The notes: generated by a model from the sequence alone, not told the origin. A stretch of DNA of 64,000 bases from Obrimoposthia wandeli (GCA_977020255.1 CDROCS010002890.1:1-64000); one strand, 5' to 3'; shown: positions 10,546 through 20,408, numbered from the stretch's first letter. Made by a program: numbers and translations.

Positions 10546-11535
10546 TTAAAAGTTATTTTTAATTTGATCATCAGTAACGATTGGTTTTTCAATTACTGGC
10601 TCTGGTGTTTGTTCAACGTGCTTTGCTGGGCTGAATGCTTTTTGCGGTACCACTTCTTCTATTGGATCTTCTTTGTTTAATTCATCAACTGCCTGCGCTG
10701 ATGACCATAAAGGAGATTTTAACGGTAACATTTTCTTTTGCATAGCTTCGGGCATTGATAGCCAAGCTGCTTTTAATGCTTCACAACCATCATTGGAGGC
10801 TAATTGCATTTGATTACGGTAACTGTCCATTTCGGGATCGCAATCGCCAGAATTAACCCAGTCAATAATGGCTTTACCAGTTTCAGCACCAAGATATGTG
10901 GTACCTTCACCAAAAACAGCCTTTAAGTCTTTAGGTATTTTAAGGTGCTGTTGATTCATGCCCTCATTGAACATCATCACACTTGCTGTCATTTCATACA
11001 TGAAGTTCTTTTCACATAAAGGCTGAACACCTAAGCTTACAGGTTTTGATGGCGAGGAAAAATCAGTTTTCTCTGCTGCACGAATACAACAAATTACATG
11101 CATATCGGATTGAAGTAAAACAGTCATCAATTTTTTGTGTTCGGCCTTGGCTTTTTTCCAGTCTGCCATTTTTTTACCGCGCAATAATGGTGCCTCTGCA
11201 ATTTCCATGCAGCCAGACTCCCATTCGTGGCTAATACTGTCAATGATCAACACTTTTACGCCTGCCGCCTGGAACTCTTTTATTGCTGTTGCATAGCGTT
11301 CTGGTGAGAACGGATAAAACAGATCACCAATCTGAAATGGACCGTCTAATTCATCAGCGTATAATGATCCGCGACGATTCTCAGTATCCAAGAAGCCAAT
11401 TTCGCTAGCATTATCAACCATGCCGCGCGCCATATACAAAGCGGTTAATGTTTTCCCGCTTCCAGATTGACCAGCAACCCCGATAACAATTTTTGAACCA
11501 GCTCGAGCTGCTGGGCGAATATTCAATATACTCAT
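10546..11535 (-). CDS. AAA ATPase, Sak4-like single-strand annealing recombinase
   Basis: Walker A GQSGSGKT, Walker B VLIIDSISHEW; exonuclease-ATPase-SSB synteny. Confidence 0.8.
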   Translation of the reverse strand: MSILNIRPAARAGSKIVIGVAGQSGSGKTLTALYMARGMVDNASEIGFLDTENRRGSLYADELDGPFQIGDLFYPFSPERYATAIKEFQAAGVKVLIIDSISHEWESGCMEIAEAPLLRGKKMADWKKAKAEHKKLMTVLLQSDMHVICCIRAAEKTDFSSPSKPVSLGVQPLCEKNFMYEMTASVMMFNEGMNQQHLKIPKDLKAVFGEGTTYLGAETGKAIIDWVNSGDCDPEMDSYRNQMQLASNDGCEALKAAWLSMPEAMQKKMLPLKSPLWSSAQAVDELNKEDPIEEVVPQKAFSPAKHVEQTPEPVIEKPIVTDDQIKNNF

Positions 11536-11611
11536 AAGTACCTCTAATTAAGTTTAGCTAGCATATTACGTTTAAGTTAATAATACTAGCTTTATGTTTG
11601 GTTTTATTTTT

Positions 11612-11824
11612 TTACAAGTCCCATACTGGTTGGTAGTCAGTATTACTAGCCAAATCAATTGGGGTTAAAATCAAACTGCTGCCGTCTTTAAAAATGTATT
11701 TAATATTTGAGCCGTTTAACTCACTGAGCGTATTAGCCTCCTTACCATCAGGCTTAACTCTTAAGCCCTCAATAATGTGGTGCTTTTTGTTTAACGCTAC
11801 AAACGCTCGCATATCTTCCGTCAT
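11612..11824 (-). CDS. Hypothetical protein
   Basis: 70-aa ORF translationally coupled within the operon. Confidence 0.6.
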   Translation of the reverse strand: MTEDMRAFVALNKKHHIIEGLRVKPDGKEANTLSELNGSNIKYIFKDGSSLILTPIDLASNTDYQPVWDL

Positions 11825-11826
11825 AA

Positions 11827-12786
11827 TTAAAACCCATATCGTTTAGCTAGCCATTCAGGCGTTGGCAACTCAACTGCCGAATCGTTATATGCCGGCCAGT
11901 TATCATTATCAACACAGTTTTTATGATATTTAAGCGCAAATTGATATTGTTCACGGCCAATTTGTAATTGCTGATCTGTCATCCAATATAATTGCGGTAT
12001 AAACGGGCTAGACTTGGCTTGTGCTAACAGTCCCATTTTAAATGATTGACTATATGCTGCGGTTAATACGTCACAAACGAACGATTGTTTCAACCAGTAC
12101 CCTGCCTCATGTGCTTGTCTCCCAAACGCATCACCTCGAATATCACGAGTCGTTTTATAATCTGGTACTTCACCATTTTTGGTTACAATATCAGGGCGAA
12201 TTTTTACCTTGTACCATTCGCCATCAATTTCAACTTCGCATACCACTGATAATTCAAACGTGGCACCGTGAAATAATTTAACATTAGCAGGATCGTTAAA
12301 CAATGTTTTGCGCATCAATAATATTTGGTCGTAATCCTCGCCTTTAACCATCGTTTTACCGATTGAATTATATTCCTGGAGTATCACTTCAAGTTGGAAT
12401 ATTTTAACGTTCTCGTCGCACTCAAGCGCTAACTGGACTAATTCATTAAATGGCTTGGTCGTGTAACCCGTTCGACCTGCTGCTTTTAAGTAAGCTTTTA
12501 TTGCCGCATCACTAGTCAAAAATTTGTCGTTATCTTCTTTAGTGATTTTTCGCACAAAAAGACTGTCGAATAATTCAGGTTCTAATACTGCGGCATGGCT
12601 TGCGATACCGAAATGCAACGCGGCACTTTCCTTATTTTCGCCATATTTCAAAACAGCAGGACAATCATTATGAATTACACAAAGCTGTGAGCCGCTAACG
12701 TGATCTTCGAACTTTTCGCCATGGTAATCGTCATTTGGTAGTTCGCCGTTAGGGAATATTTGAATGTTTCGGATTGATGTGATCAT
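11827..12786 (-). CDS. RecE/exonuclease VIII-like PD-(D/E)XK exonuclease (DUF3799-like)
   Basis: Y.G......SGSQL, AL.FG.A.H..VLEPE.F, KIRPD...DYKTT, YW.Q motifs; ATG 12786 overlaps the upstream stop. Confidence 0.85.
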   Translation of the reverse strand: MITSIRNIQIFPNGELPNDDYHGEKFEDHVSGSQLCVIHNDCPAVLKYGENKESAALHFGIASHAAVLEPELFDSLFVRKITKEDNDKFLTSDAAIKAYLKAAGRTGYTTKPFNELVQLALECDENVKIFQLEVILQEYNSIGKTMVKGEDYDQILLMRKTLFNDPANVKLFHGATFELSVVCEVEIDGEWYKVKIRPDIVTKNGEVPDYKTTRDIRGDAFGRQAHEAGYWLKQSFVCDVLTAAYSQSFKMGLLAQAKSSPFIPQLYWMTDQQLQIGREQYQFALKYHKNCVDNDNWPAYNDSAVELPTPEWLAKRYGF

Positions 12787-13298
12787 TATTTTTCCTCCAT
12801 GAATTTCATCATTTCCCACTCAGCGCACTTAATCATATCGGGATCAGTCGCTTCGTAGGGTTCGCTGTCAGTCACAGGTACTTTGATAAAGAAAACTCCC
12901 TTATCAAATTTTCCTACAATCTGAGGCTTACATATTGGCACACCTTGACGTGTCATTTTCCCCAGCACCATACGTCCAGATAAGTCGAAGATAGATAGTG
13001 CGCTGTTGTACATTTTTGGTGGTGCAACCTTGTCGATAAGGTCTTGTATTTTTCGGCCTTCTGTAGTTGAGCGCTTAGGCAGGTAGCCTACTTCGGCTTT
13101 TTTCCATACTTCTTTGGCGGGGCGCTTGTCAAACTTGAAGCCGGCAACGCTGCCACTCTGGTATACTTGACCTTCAGTTGATCCAATTATATCGGCCACT
13201 TCCATGACGTGTTTTTCGTGTGCCACTTTAGCATCGCGCAGCTCGTTCATTTTGGTAGCTAGCTTGCCGCCTGTTACTTTGTAAAATTTGTGGTCCAT
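12786..13298 (-). CDS. Hypothetical phage protein
   Basis: 170-aa ORF with AAGGT SD; first gene after the promoter at 13343-13371. Confidence 0.75.
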   Translation of the reverse strand: MDHKFYKVTGGKLATKMNELRDAKVAHEKHVMEVADIIGSTEGQVYQSGSVAGFKFDKRPAKEVWKKAEVGYLPKRSTTEGRKIQDLIDKVAPPKMYNSALSIFDLSGRMVLGKMTRQGVPICKPQIVGKFDKGVFFIKVPVTDSEPYEATDPDMIKCAEWEMMKFMEEK

Positions 13299-13342
13299 AA
13301 CCTTTACCTTTTATTAATTAACATTATTTAAAAACTAAACAC

Positions 13343-13371
13343 AAGATACATTAAGTAAACTTAATAGTCAA
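13343..13371 (-). promoter_or_regulatory. Leftward promoter with TTAAGTTTA box
   Basis: Minus strand TTGACT-17-TATCTT; TAAACTTAA at 13356-13364. Confidence 0.65.
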
Positions 13372-13810
13372 TAGTGTTATCGAAGTAATCTGAAATACTT
13401 TTTAGTGATGCTTTGAAACCGTAGGCAACAATGCACGTATAACCCAATGATTCAGCCTGCAATAAAAACGCCTTGCTTTCTTTGCTTATCGATGAATCCT
13501 GTTTGCGACTGCGCTTCAGCTCCACATAAAGCCCATGATTGCCATTTGCGGGAACCATGACCAGCCAGTCGGGTACGCCTTTTTTGCGTCCCATCATGTT
13601 TAACATTGCGCCATATTGAGCGCTACCACTGCCGCCGCTCTCATTAATTACGTGAAACATCATGTGCGATAAATCAGGGTATAAAATATTACAGTGCGAA
13701 TTAAGTTGTTTTTGCTCGGGTGCTTCTTTAGGTGACTTAACCTTGCTGGCGTTTAATTGCTCATCCCAATAACATAGGATTCCTGCGCGATTTCTTTTGG
13801 CGATTATCAT
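13361..13810 (-). CDS. VRR-NUC domain nuclease
   Basis: FHVINE...G.KKGVPD.L....G.HGLYVELK...S.EQ-like...L...GY...V.YG motifs. Confidence 0.88.
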   Translation of the reverse strand: MIIAKRNRAGILCYWDEQLNASKVKSPKEAPEQKQLNSHCNILYPDLSHMMFHVINESGGSGSAQYGAMLNMMGRKKGVPDWLVMVPANGNHGLYVELKRSRKQDSSISKESKAFLLQAESLGYTCIVAYGFKASLKSISDYFDNTIDY

Positions 13811-15675
13811 GTGATCACCTCGTCGGCTACCCTTTTATCACCTTTTAAGGTTTTACCATTATTGAATCGTAAGCCATGAACGATACTTCCTTTAGCTCCC
13901 ACTCTATGAGTTATATGGGTTGGAGTAGAAAACATAGCTTTCATTGTGACAACTTGAAATGGCTTCATTGATAGCATCTTCTGTTGGTATGGATACCCCG
14001 TAATATGTCGCCTAACAAAGCTAGATGTCCATGACCTAGCACCACCTTGATTGATTGACCAAAACATAAGCGTGGCGATCTCTTGTTTTCCTGTCTCGTC
14101 AAATACATCGAGAAAATACATAACTTTGATAGCATCTTGGCTTTTGCCTGCGACTTCAACAGTCATTTTTAGCACAGGCTTAAAGTCTTCTGCTGAATAA
14201 TGCTGGCGCTGTAGTGCTGCATTAGGATCAACTAACATATTCCCACACTTACATTCTTTGGCTGCAATATCGCATTTTTCGCCACAACCTTTTGATACCA
14301 ATAAACCGTTACGCAACAAATCTTCACACACTCTAAATTGAAACCAGTGATCACAAGCATCATTACAACAGCGTCTTGCATACTCGCCATTCAATTCATT
14401 ACAAACAGGGCAATCCTGAAAGTTTTTCTCGAATGCGGCCTTTTTCTTCATGGCCTCTTCAAGTACTGGATTTTCATATTGCTGATAAAGTGATGCTACC
14501 GTGCCAGAAAAATCTAATACTAATGAATCGTTTTTTACAATGCCTGCTTCTAACTGCTCTTTTTTTAGTAGTCTACGGCCGCGACCAAGGGTTTGCTCGA
14601 ACAAAACTATTGAACCTATTCGGCGTAGTATAACGATGGTGTCTAATATGGGCGCATTGAAGCCAACTAGGAATATACCTATGTTGATAAGGTATTTAAT
14701 TTTACCTGCTTTAAATGCTGCTACGGCATCTTTACGCTTACTAAATTCAGTGTTAGTAGTTACCCCATCTTTGCTGGTAACGATTGCCCATGTTGAATCT
14801 GATAGTGATTCAGCCACTTCCTTACAGTGCGATGAACCAACACAAACAAGTAAAACACCGTTTCTCTCGCTAGCAATTCTTACCACATCTTCCATGATGT
14901 GATCGGTATCGCTTCGGTTCATTTTATCGTGCATTTTTGATAACTGGTTATCACTGTAATCAGCCGTTGAAAACTCGTTAGTCTCAACTTTTAAATCATC
15001 ACCAAGATCGTAAACGTCACTATTTTCCGTATAACCAAAAGTGTCAGGGTGAGTAAATCCATTACCGACAAGAAATTGACGGTCTATTGCTGGCTCGATC
15101 TGCTTCTTCCAAAAGTCACCGGTTATTGATCGACCATCGCGCCAAGGTGTACCCGACCAACCGATAACAATTAACATAGGATTGATGGCACGAAAGTGAT
15201 TTATTACCTTCATAAAGTCGCTATCAGGATTATCAAACGGAGTATTGTGGCACTCATCAATCTGTAAAACGTGCAACTTATAATCTTTAAACTTATCATT
15301 AAGCGCGTTAGCAACTGAGCCAACTGTCGCAGCAATCACGGGAAAATGTGTTGATTTTCTGCCAACGTACGCGGAAAAATAAGAACATTTAACACCAGCT
15401 TCCCAACAAGTTTCACCGTCCTGCATAGCTAACTCACCAACGGCAGTTAATATCATTGAGTTAATGCCAACGCCCGTGCAATGTTCAGATATTGCCGCCA
15501 TCATTAAGCTTTTACCACTTGATACGCTGGCGTTTATGTAAGCGTGATCAATAGTTCTTTTTTCGCTAAATGATTTAAATTGCTCTCTAATGTGATCTAA
15601 CGTGTTACTAACTACATCGCCTTGAAAATCATACAGAGCGTATTCGCCGTATTTTTTGCCGTGGTATTTATTCAT
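13807..15675 (-). CDS. Superfamily 2 DNA helicase with C-terminal zinc ribbons (T1-like)
   Basis: LYDFQ Q-motif, SVSSGKS Walker A, IDECH Walker B, SGTP motif III, FEQTLGRGRR motif VI, CxxC clusters. Confidence 0.9.
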   Translation of the reverse strand: MNKYHGKKYGEYALYDFQGDVVSNTLDHIREQFKSFSEKRTIDHAYINASVSSGKSLMMAAISEHCTGVGINSMILTAVGELAMQDGETCWEAGVKCSYFSAYVGRKSTHFPVIAATVGSVANALNDKFKDYKLHVLQIDECHNTPFDNPDSDFMKVINHFRAINPMLIVIGWSGTPWRDGRSITGDFWKKQIEPAIDRQFLVGNGFTHPDTFGYTENSDVYDLGDDLKVETNEFSTADYSDNQLSKMHDKMNRSDTDHIMEDVVRIASERNGVLLVCVGSSHCKEVAESLSDSTWAIVTSKDGVTTNTEFSKRKDAVAAFKAGKIKYLINIGIFLVGFNAPILDTIVILRRIGSIVLFEQTLGRGRRLLKKEQLEAGIVKNDSLVLDFSGTVASLYQQYENPVLEEAMKKKAAFEKNFQDCPVCNELNGEYARRCCNDACDHWFQFRVCEDLLRNGLLVSKGCGEKCDIAAKECKCGNMLVDPNAALQRQHYSAEDFKPVLKMTVEVAGKSQDAIKVMYFLDVFDETGKQEIATLMFWSINQGGARSWTSSFVRRHITGYPYQQKMLSMKPFQVVTMKAMFSTPTHITHRVGAKGSIVHGLRFNNGKTLKGDKRVADEVIT

Positions 15676-16046
15676 GATAATTCACCCTTTAATATGTTTG
15701 GGTTTTCATAAATATTACCAACGACAACTAGCTCTTGATGCTTGATAACTCGGCTACTTAATGTGCCGCCACAAAGATAACAACCACTATCAGCGCAGTA
15801 TTCAACCGTGAACGGGTTCCATATAATTGGATCTAATTGATGTAAAACATCACCTTCATAGATATCCTTTCCGTTGATATCTTGCAGGCCGATGAATTGC
15901 ATTAGTACGTCGCCATAATCACCGCGAATTAATTTACAAAGCTCATTTCGCTGGTATTCATCTTTGCATAATTTATCGTTATAAAAGTTAACCATTGTTT
16001 TGTGTGCTTCATGCCATGCTCTAAATTTAATTTCTTTCACAATCAT
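15672..16046 (-). CDS. YopX family protein
   Basis: EIKFRAW...LMQFIGLQDINGKDIYEGD...VVGNIYENP. Confidence 0.9.
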   Translation of the reverse strand: MIVKEIKFRAWHEAHKTMVNFYNDKLCKDEYQRNELCKLIRGDYGDVLMQFIGLQDINGKDIYEGDVLHQLDPIIWNPFTVEYCADSGCYLCGGTLSSRVIKHQELVVVGNIYENPNILKGELS

Positions 16047-17749
16047 TCCCCTAAAATATCTTCAACGCTAACAGTCGCGCCAAATTTTTGATTAAATACT
16101 TCGTATATGTGCAATTTCTCGCACTGTATGAAGTCCTCTGTTTCATTGCAGATTACTTGAAAGCTAATGCCTAACCGTTTTAAATCACTCGTAATAAAGT
16201 TGAAATTATGAGGGTCAAACACGCATACAGTGCAAACACCATGCTCTTTATGTAATCGTAGTGCCTGCCAGTAATCAGTGGTTAACACCGCTTGCCCATT
16301 CAACGCACCAAAAATATAACAGGTGCCGTACATAAATTTCTTATTGAAAAAACGTATGTCGAACCCTTCGCCCTGCAATAATGCCAAGCTCAATAATTCA
16401 CCGTTTAAATTGATGAGCGGTAATACTTGAGAGCTGCCAGCAAAATAATGACCGTTAATTTCTGTGCAACCATTTAATACATCGTTAACCGTTTCTTCTT
16501 TCACCTGGTTAAGCGGTAATCTAATTTTGACCTGCTTGACATAGGTACTCGGCATCGAATCATCAAACGCATTGCTATCGATTATTTTTACTGCATCAAT
16601 GAAGTCGATATTCAAATATTCCTGAATGAATCCGACCACATCACCATGCGCGCCACAACCGAAACAATTCCCCGTTAAGATATGATCATCTAAAGTAAAT
16701 GATTCTGTACCTTTAACCTCACAACAGTAAACGTCATCTGTCACGCCATTATCTTCAACGGAAACAACTGACCATCTTCTTCGTGAAAATTTCTTACTTG
16801 ATTCCTGTATTCTTTTTAGCTGATAACTTCTTACAAATAAAAATTCAGGCATTGTTGAAGAGTCAAAATGAATTCTATGAATATCACTCATGATATTATT
16901 AATACCCATCCTGTTCTGAGTTGTTATTCCATAAGTAAAAATGCCTATCTTGTTACATATGTCTCTAACTTCATTCAACGTTTCTTTTGATGAACAATTT
17001 AAAATAACCGTACCATCTTTAGCCACACAACCATCAGTTGCTATATACCCAGCAATAAATCCTGCCAAGTAATTATTATCCATGCTTAACGCTGGCATAG
17101 TCTTTATATGTGCGCCAATCCCGTAAACTCGTTTAAATCCTTCCTTTTGCGTTATAGACTTGGCGCGAGGAAAGAATACAGACAACGCCTGTTTTTCTCC
17201 GTGTAAGTTTACATGGCTGTATTTTCCTTTGTATACAGTCCCGTCGCCAAAACCTATGCCGTGACAAATCCCACCCTTATCTGCGCTTGAGAATAACTTA
17301 GGCAAACTAGCTGATTCTAACCTACTGCCAATATATAAATTTTCAGTAGTTATTTTTGACTTTCTACCTCTGACAATCCAGTCGTGATCAGGTGTTGCTA
17401 GTATTGTTTTAGTGACTCTGTTCCTACTAAGATTCACGGTTAAAAGTTTTTGCTTGCCAAGAGAAAAGAAAGGAGCATCAACCCACTGCTTATTGTTTGT
17501 TAATATCTTATGACTACCTCCTGCCATATCTGATATTTTCATTACGCCATCGATGGTTATTACTTTAGTGTCGCCATGAAAGCAATGATAAAACTGTTTA
17601 GACTCCGACACAGTAAACGAGGGTGAGTTTTCAGCATGAAACGGGCAGCAAGCACTATATCCGCTACCCTGCTTTTTTAACTCGATATAGCCGCCAATTA
17701 CGTCAACTATATCAACTGAGTTTTTTATGCGATCTATGTCGATTGCCAT
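16043..17749 (-). CDS. CHC2 zinc-finger primase-like protein interrupted by an intein (predicted spliced product 262 aa)
   Basis: CPFHAENSPSF...KQFYH | intein | CFGCGAHGDVV reconstitutes the DnaG-type zinc-binding domain; the C-terminal part resembles a degenerate phage TOPRIM. Confidence 0.9.
   Translation of the reverse strand: MAIDIDRIKNSVDIVDVIGGYIELKKQGSGYSACCPFHAENSPSFTVSESKQFYHCFHGDTKVITIDGVMKISDMAGGSHKILTNNKQWVDAPFFSLGKQKLLTVNLSRNRVTKTILATPDHDWIVRGRKSKITTENLYIGSRLESASLPKLFSSADKGGICHGIGFGDGTVYKGKYSHVNLHGEKQALSVFFPRAKSITQKEGFKRVYGIGAHIKTMPALSMDNNYLAGFIAGYIATDGCVAKDGTVILNCSSKETLNEVRDICNKIGIFTYGITTQNRMGINNIMSDIHRIHFDSSTMPEFLFVRSYQLKRIQESSKKFSRRRWSVVSVEDNGVTDDVYCCEVKGTESFTLDDHILTGNCFGCGAHGDVVGFIQEYLNIDFIDAVKIIDSNAFDDSMPSTYVKQVKIRLPLNQVKEETVNDVLNGCTEINGHYFAGSSQVLPLINLNGELLSLALLQGEGFDIRFFNKKFMYGTCYIFGALNGQAVLTTDYWQALRLHKEHGVCTVCVFDPHNFNFITSDLKRLGISFQVICNETEDFIQCEKLHIYEVFNQKFGATVSVEDILGE
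16667..17584 (-). mobile_element. Intein (306 aa) with LAGLIDADG homing endonuclease
   Basis: Block A CFHGDTKV, block B TPDHDW, LAGLIDADG blocks HGIGFGDG and AGFIAGYIATDG, block F DVYCCEV, block G ILTGN followed by +1 Cys. Confidence 0.93.
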
Positions 17750-17751
17750 GG

Positions 17752-18060
17752 TTATACAATATCTATTTCGTACTTTTCAATAGGAATTATTGCACATTTG
17801 TCTTTGTTGTATTGAAATTGAAGGTTGTTTTTAGCATGATTAGGCCATGTTCCAGATATTTCAACAGAGTGAAAAGGAATGTAAACACCACATTCTGTAG
17901 TTAAATAGCAAATATTAACCCACCATTCTATTTTGTATTTTTTACCTGTTAGTTTAATGATGAATTCAAACTTTCTAATTTCATCAAAAGTAACACCAAC
18001 TAGCAACCCAGCATTAACCCCACTTTCCAATACTTTAATTAACTGCTCTTGTTCCATCAC
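17752..18060 (-). CDS. Hypothetical protein
   Basis: 102-aa ORF with AAGGA SD. Confidence 0.7.
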   Translation of the reverse strand: MMEQEQLIKVLESGVNAGLLVGVTFDEIRKFEFIIKLTGKKYKIEWWVNICYLTTECGVYIPFHSVEISGTWPNHAKNNLQFQYNKDKCAIIPIEKYEIDIV

Positions 18061-18130
18061 ATTTCCTTAATTATTATCAACACCCAAACTATAACACGTT
18101 AAGTTTAGTAATCAAGTGTTATGTTTGTTT

Positions 18131-18316
18131 TTAATTTAAATCCGATTCTTTTAAGTTGAAGTGTTTAGCTATAGCGATTGCATCTTCTTCATCTAAATAT
18201 ACAATCTTGTGATCTGCTAATAGATATATAGTCCTTAGCGTGGTGCGTGAAGGGCATGCAGTAACGTCTAAATCTCTGAAGTCGTATTCTTTTATATTCA
18301 TTGCTTTTATGCTCAT
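18131..18316 (-). CDS. Hypothetical protein
   Basis: 61-aa ORF with AAGGA SD. Confidence 0.6.
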   Translation of the reverse strand: MSIKAMNIKEYDFRDLDVTACPSRTTLRTIYLLADHKIVYLDEEDAIAIAKHFNLKESDLN

Positions 18317-18325
18317 TGCTTTTCC

Positions 18326-19765
18326 TTACTTTAACTTTGGGTTTATGTAAATTACATTGTCAACGATTGCACATAGGTGTAATTCTTCACATGATGGCAA
18401 TATTGACTCTTTCAGGTATGCGGATAACTTAGCTCTACCTTTAAATATTGATCTGTTTTTTATGTTATCGCGTAGGGCTGTTACTTTAACGTTACCTTTG
18501 CCTTTTGATAAAAACTTATTGAACTGTAATATTATTTCATTTAGTTCTGATTTCTGACCGATGTAGCCATGGCTATCTGCAGCAACAATATACATATCCA
18601 TTAAGTTCCTATGGATTTCAATTGCCTTTTTTACTGTGCATAACTGTATTTCAATCGGCTTGTTTTTATGCCAATTTTCAGCAACATGTAACACGCAAGA
18701 AAGTTTTAATACTTGCTTGTCCATCTTGCCAACAGCACCACGTAACATATCATGTGAATATTTACCGCCATCAATCATGTTAGGCTCAATCTCTTCCTTG
18801 CGATCGGTTATTGCTGAAATTGATTCAGGGGTAAATTTAAATTTAGTTTTATCAGAAAATACCAGCTTATTGATCAGGTGTGCATACTTAGCTTTCATTG
18901 CACCTTCAATGGGGTTGAATGTTTTAAATGTGCGTTTGCCTAGCATATTTCCTTCACGGTAAAGTAAAAATCGCTCGCTAGTGCCATTACCTCTTGAGCC
19001 TGCCTCTAATATTGATTTTATAGCCTCGTCTTGTGCTATTACCGCAACAGAACCAGACACAAAACCATCACCAGACTTTCGTGATATTCTGTTAGATGCT
19101 AACCAGTCTCCATCCCATGATTGCAAAATTATATCGTTATTTACCGCGCCGTCATTGTAAAGATTACCAAGGACAACATTGATTGCACCGGCTTCGTCAC
19201 TCACTATATTCCAAGTGTTTGCTTGGCTAAATGCGTAATCCTCAAGCGCTTCTGGCGTGGTATTCGTCACAGCATAGCGATAGACTGGTGTTGCTTCTAA
19301 CTCTTCATGCTTACGCGCTAATTCAGCTATAAGTGTATCTATTTCCATTTCATGCTTAGACGCACCTAACTCGACTTTAATTGCTTTTATTGATGCTTCA
19401 ATTTTAGCTATTTTACTTTGCTGCGTTTTGTTAAAGTCACCAAATGCGATCCGGACAGGGTTTGCCAGCGCTTTGTTTACGCCAGATTTACCCGTTGAAG
19501 GTGGCTGAGCTGTTACAACATATAAACTAACTGGGCATTCTTCATCATAGTAATCATAGCTAAATGACTTAGTCATTGCTGACGCTATAACACCTAATGA
19601 ATGCATATAAACTGTATTACAAGGGAATTGCATTTGTTTACCTATCTGCATGCAAAAATCAGTTAAAAAATCATCCTTTGAAAAATCGATAACATCAACG
19701 TGCTTTACTTGCCCGTCGCTATCCTCTGGCATAATTGGTTCTGGCCATTCGTTTTGTGAAATCAT
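18326..19765 (-). CDS. DUF3987/YfjI-family P-loop replication protein (helicase-like)
   Basis: AQPPSTGKS P-loop, TNTTPEAL, VSDEAG, RF.L, GKMDKQVLKLS.VLH motifs. Confidence 0.8.
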   Translation of the reverse strand: MISQNEWPEPIMPEDSDGQVKHVDVIDFSKDDFLTDFCMQIGKQMQFPCNTVYMHSLGVIASAMTKSFSYDYYDEECPVSLYVVTAQPPSTGKSGVNKALANPVRIAFGDFNKTQQSKIAKIEASIKAIKVELGASKHEMEIDTLIAELARKHEELEATPVYRYAVTNTTPEALEDYAFSQANTWNIVSDEAGAINVVLGNLYNDGAVNNDIILQSWDGDWLASNRISRKSGDGFVSGSVAVIAQDEAIKSILEAGSRGNGTSERFLLYREGNMLGKRTFKTFNPIEGAMKAKYAHLINKLVFSDKTKFKFTPESISAITDRKEEIEPNMIDGGKYSHDMLRGAVGKMDKQVLKLSCVLHVAENWHKNKPIEIQLCTVKKAIEIHRNLMDMYIVAADSHGYIGQKSELNEIILQFNKFLSKGKGNVKVTALRDNIKNRSIFKGRAKLSAYLKESILPSCEELHLCAIVDNVIYINPKLK

Positions 19766-19774
19766 GACAAGTCC

Positions 19775-19996
19775 TTATGCAGTACGGATAACTTGTATTT
19801 TATTTTCTTTCTTTGCTGTTGAGAATTTTTTACCTACCTGGTGAGCATAAGATCGCGCCGCGTTTCTTATTTCCTCGATAGTTTTTCCTTTGTAACCATC
19901 TTCAAATTCTAAGCCTTCACCAACCTTAAAGTCCTTAAACGGCCAGTTAATTCTGTCGTTACCAAACTCTTCTGCTGTTATTTTTTTCGTGGTCAT
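19775..19996 (-). CDS. Small DNA-binding protein (WPF..F.VGE...IRNAARSYA..GKKF family)
   Basis: 73-aa basic protein; first gene of the replication operon, so a candidate regulator. Confidence 0.65.
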   Translation of the reverse strand: MTTKKITAEEFGNDRINWPFKDFKVGEGLEFEDGYKGKTIEEIRNAARSYAHQVGKKFSTAKKENKIQVIRTA

Positions 19997-20038
19997 AGCT
20001 ATTCCATTAATTTAGTTAATAGTAGTAAGGTCGACAAT

Positions 20039-20067
20039 AGTACACAGTTAGTTAAATATAGTCAACT
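20039..20067 (-). promoter_or_regulatory. Leftward promoter of the replication operon
   Basis: Minus strand TTGACT-17-TACTAT. Confidence 0.7.
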
Positions 20068-20094
20068 AGGTTTATTTAATGCGTAATAACCGCT

Positions 20095-20390
20095 GAAAAT
20101 GGGCAAATATAGCGAAATAGGCAGATAATGGGCAAAAATCCGCCCATCGTGCAGGTCACGCCATCAAAGGGATTAAGGCTAAAAAAAGGCAAAGTGGGCA
20201 AATAGGCAAGGGGTCCCCTCCATCCGCATATAAAACAATAAAAAAACGAATGCAAACATAAAAGAAAAGAAATAAATAAAAAGAGGGGGGTATATATTAC
20301 CTATTTACCTATTTTTATATATTCTCTTATATTTAAAGGGCTGTAGCGTGGGAAAAAATCTGCCCATTTCTGCCCATTGTGGGCAAACTG
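20095..20390. repeat. Putative replication origin with iteron-like RGGCAAA/TTGCCY-type repeats flanking an A/T-rich core
   Basis: Direct copies ATGGGCAAA, ATAGGCAGA, ATGGGCAAA, AAAGGCAAA, GTGGGCAAA, ATAGGCAAG; then an A-tract core; then inverted TTACCTAT x2, TCTGCCCAT x2 and GTGGGCAAA. Largest non-coding gap between divergent operons. Confidence 0.6.
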
Positions 20391-20408
20391 CATCAACAAA
20401 CACACAAC

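Noticed and set aside
20095-20390. CRISPR or mini-array
   Set aside because: The repeats are only 7-9 nt, irregularly spaced and in both orientations; there are no cas genes.
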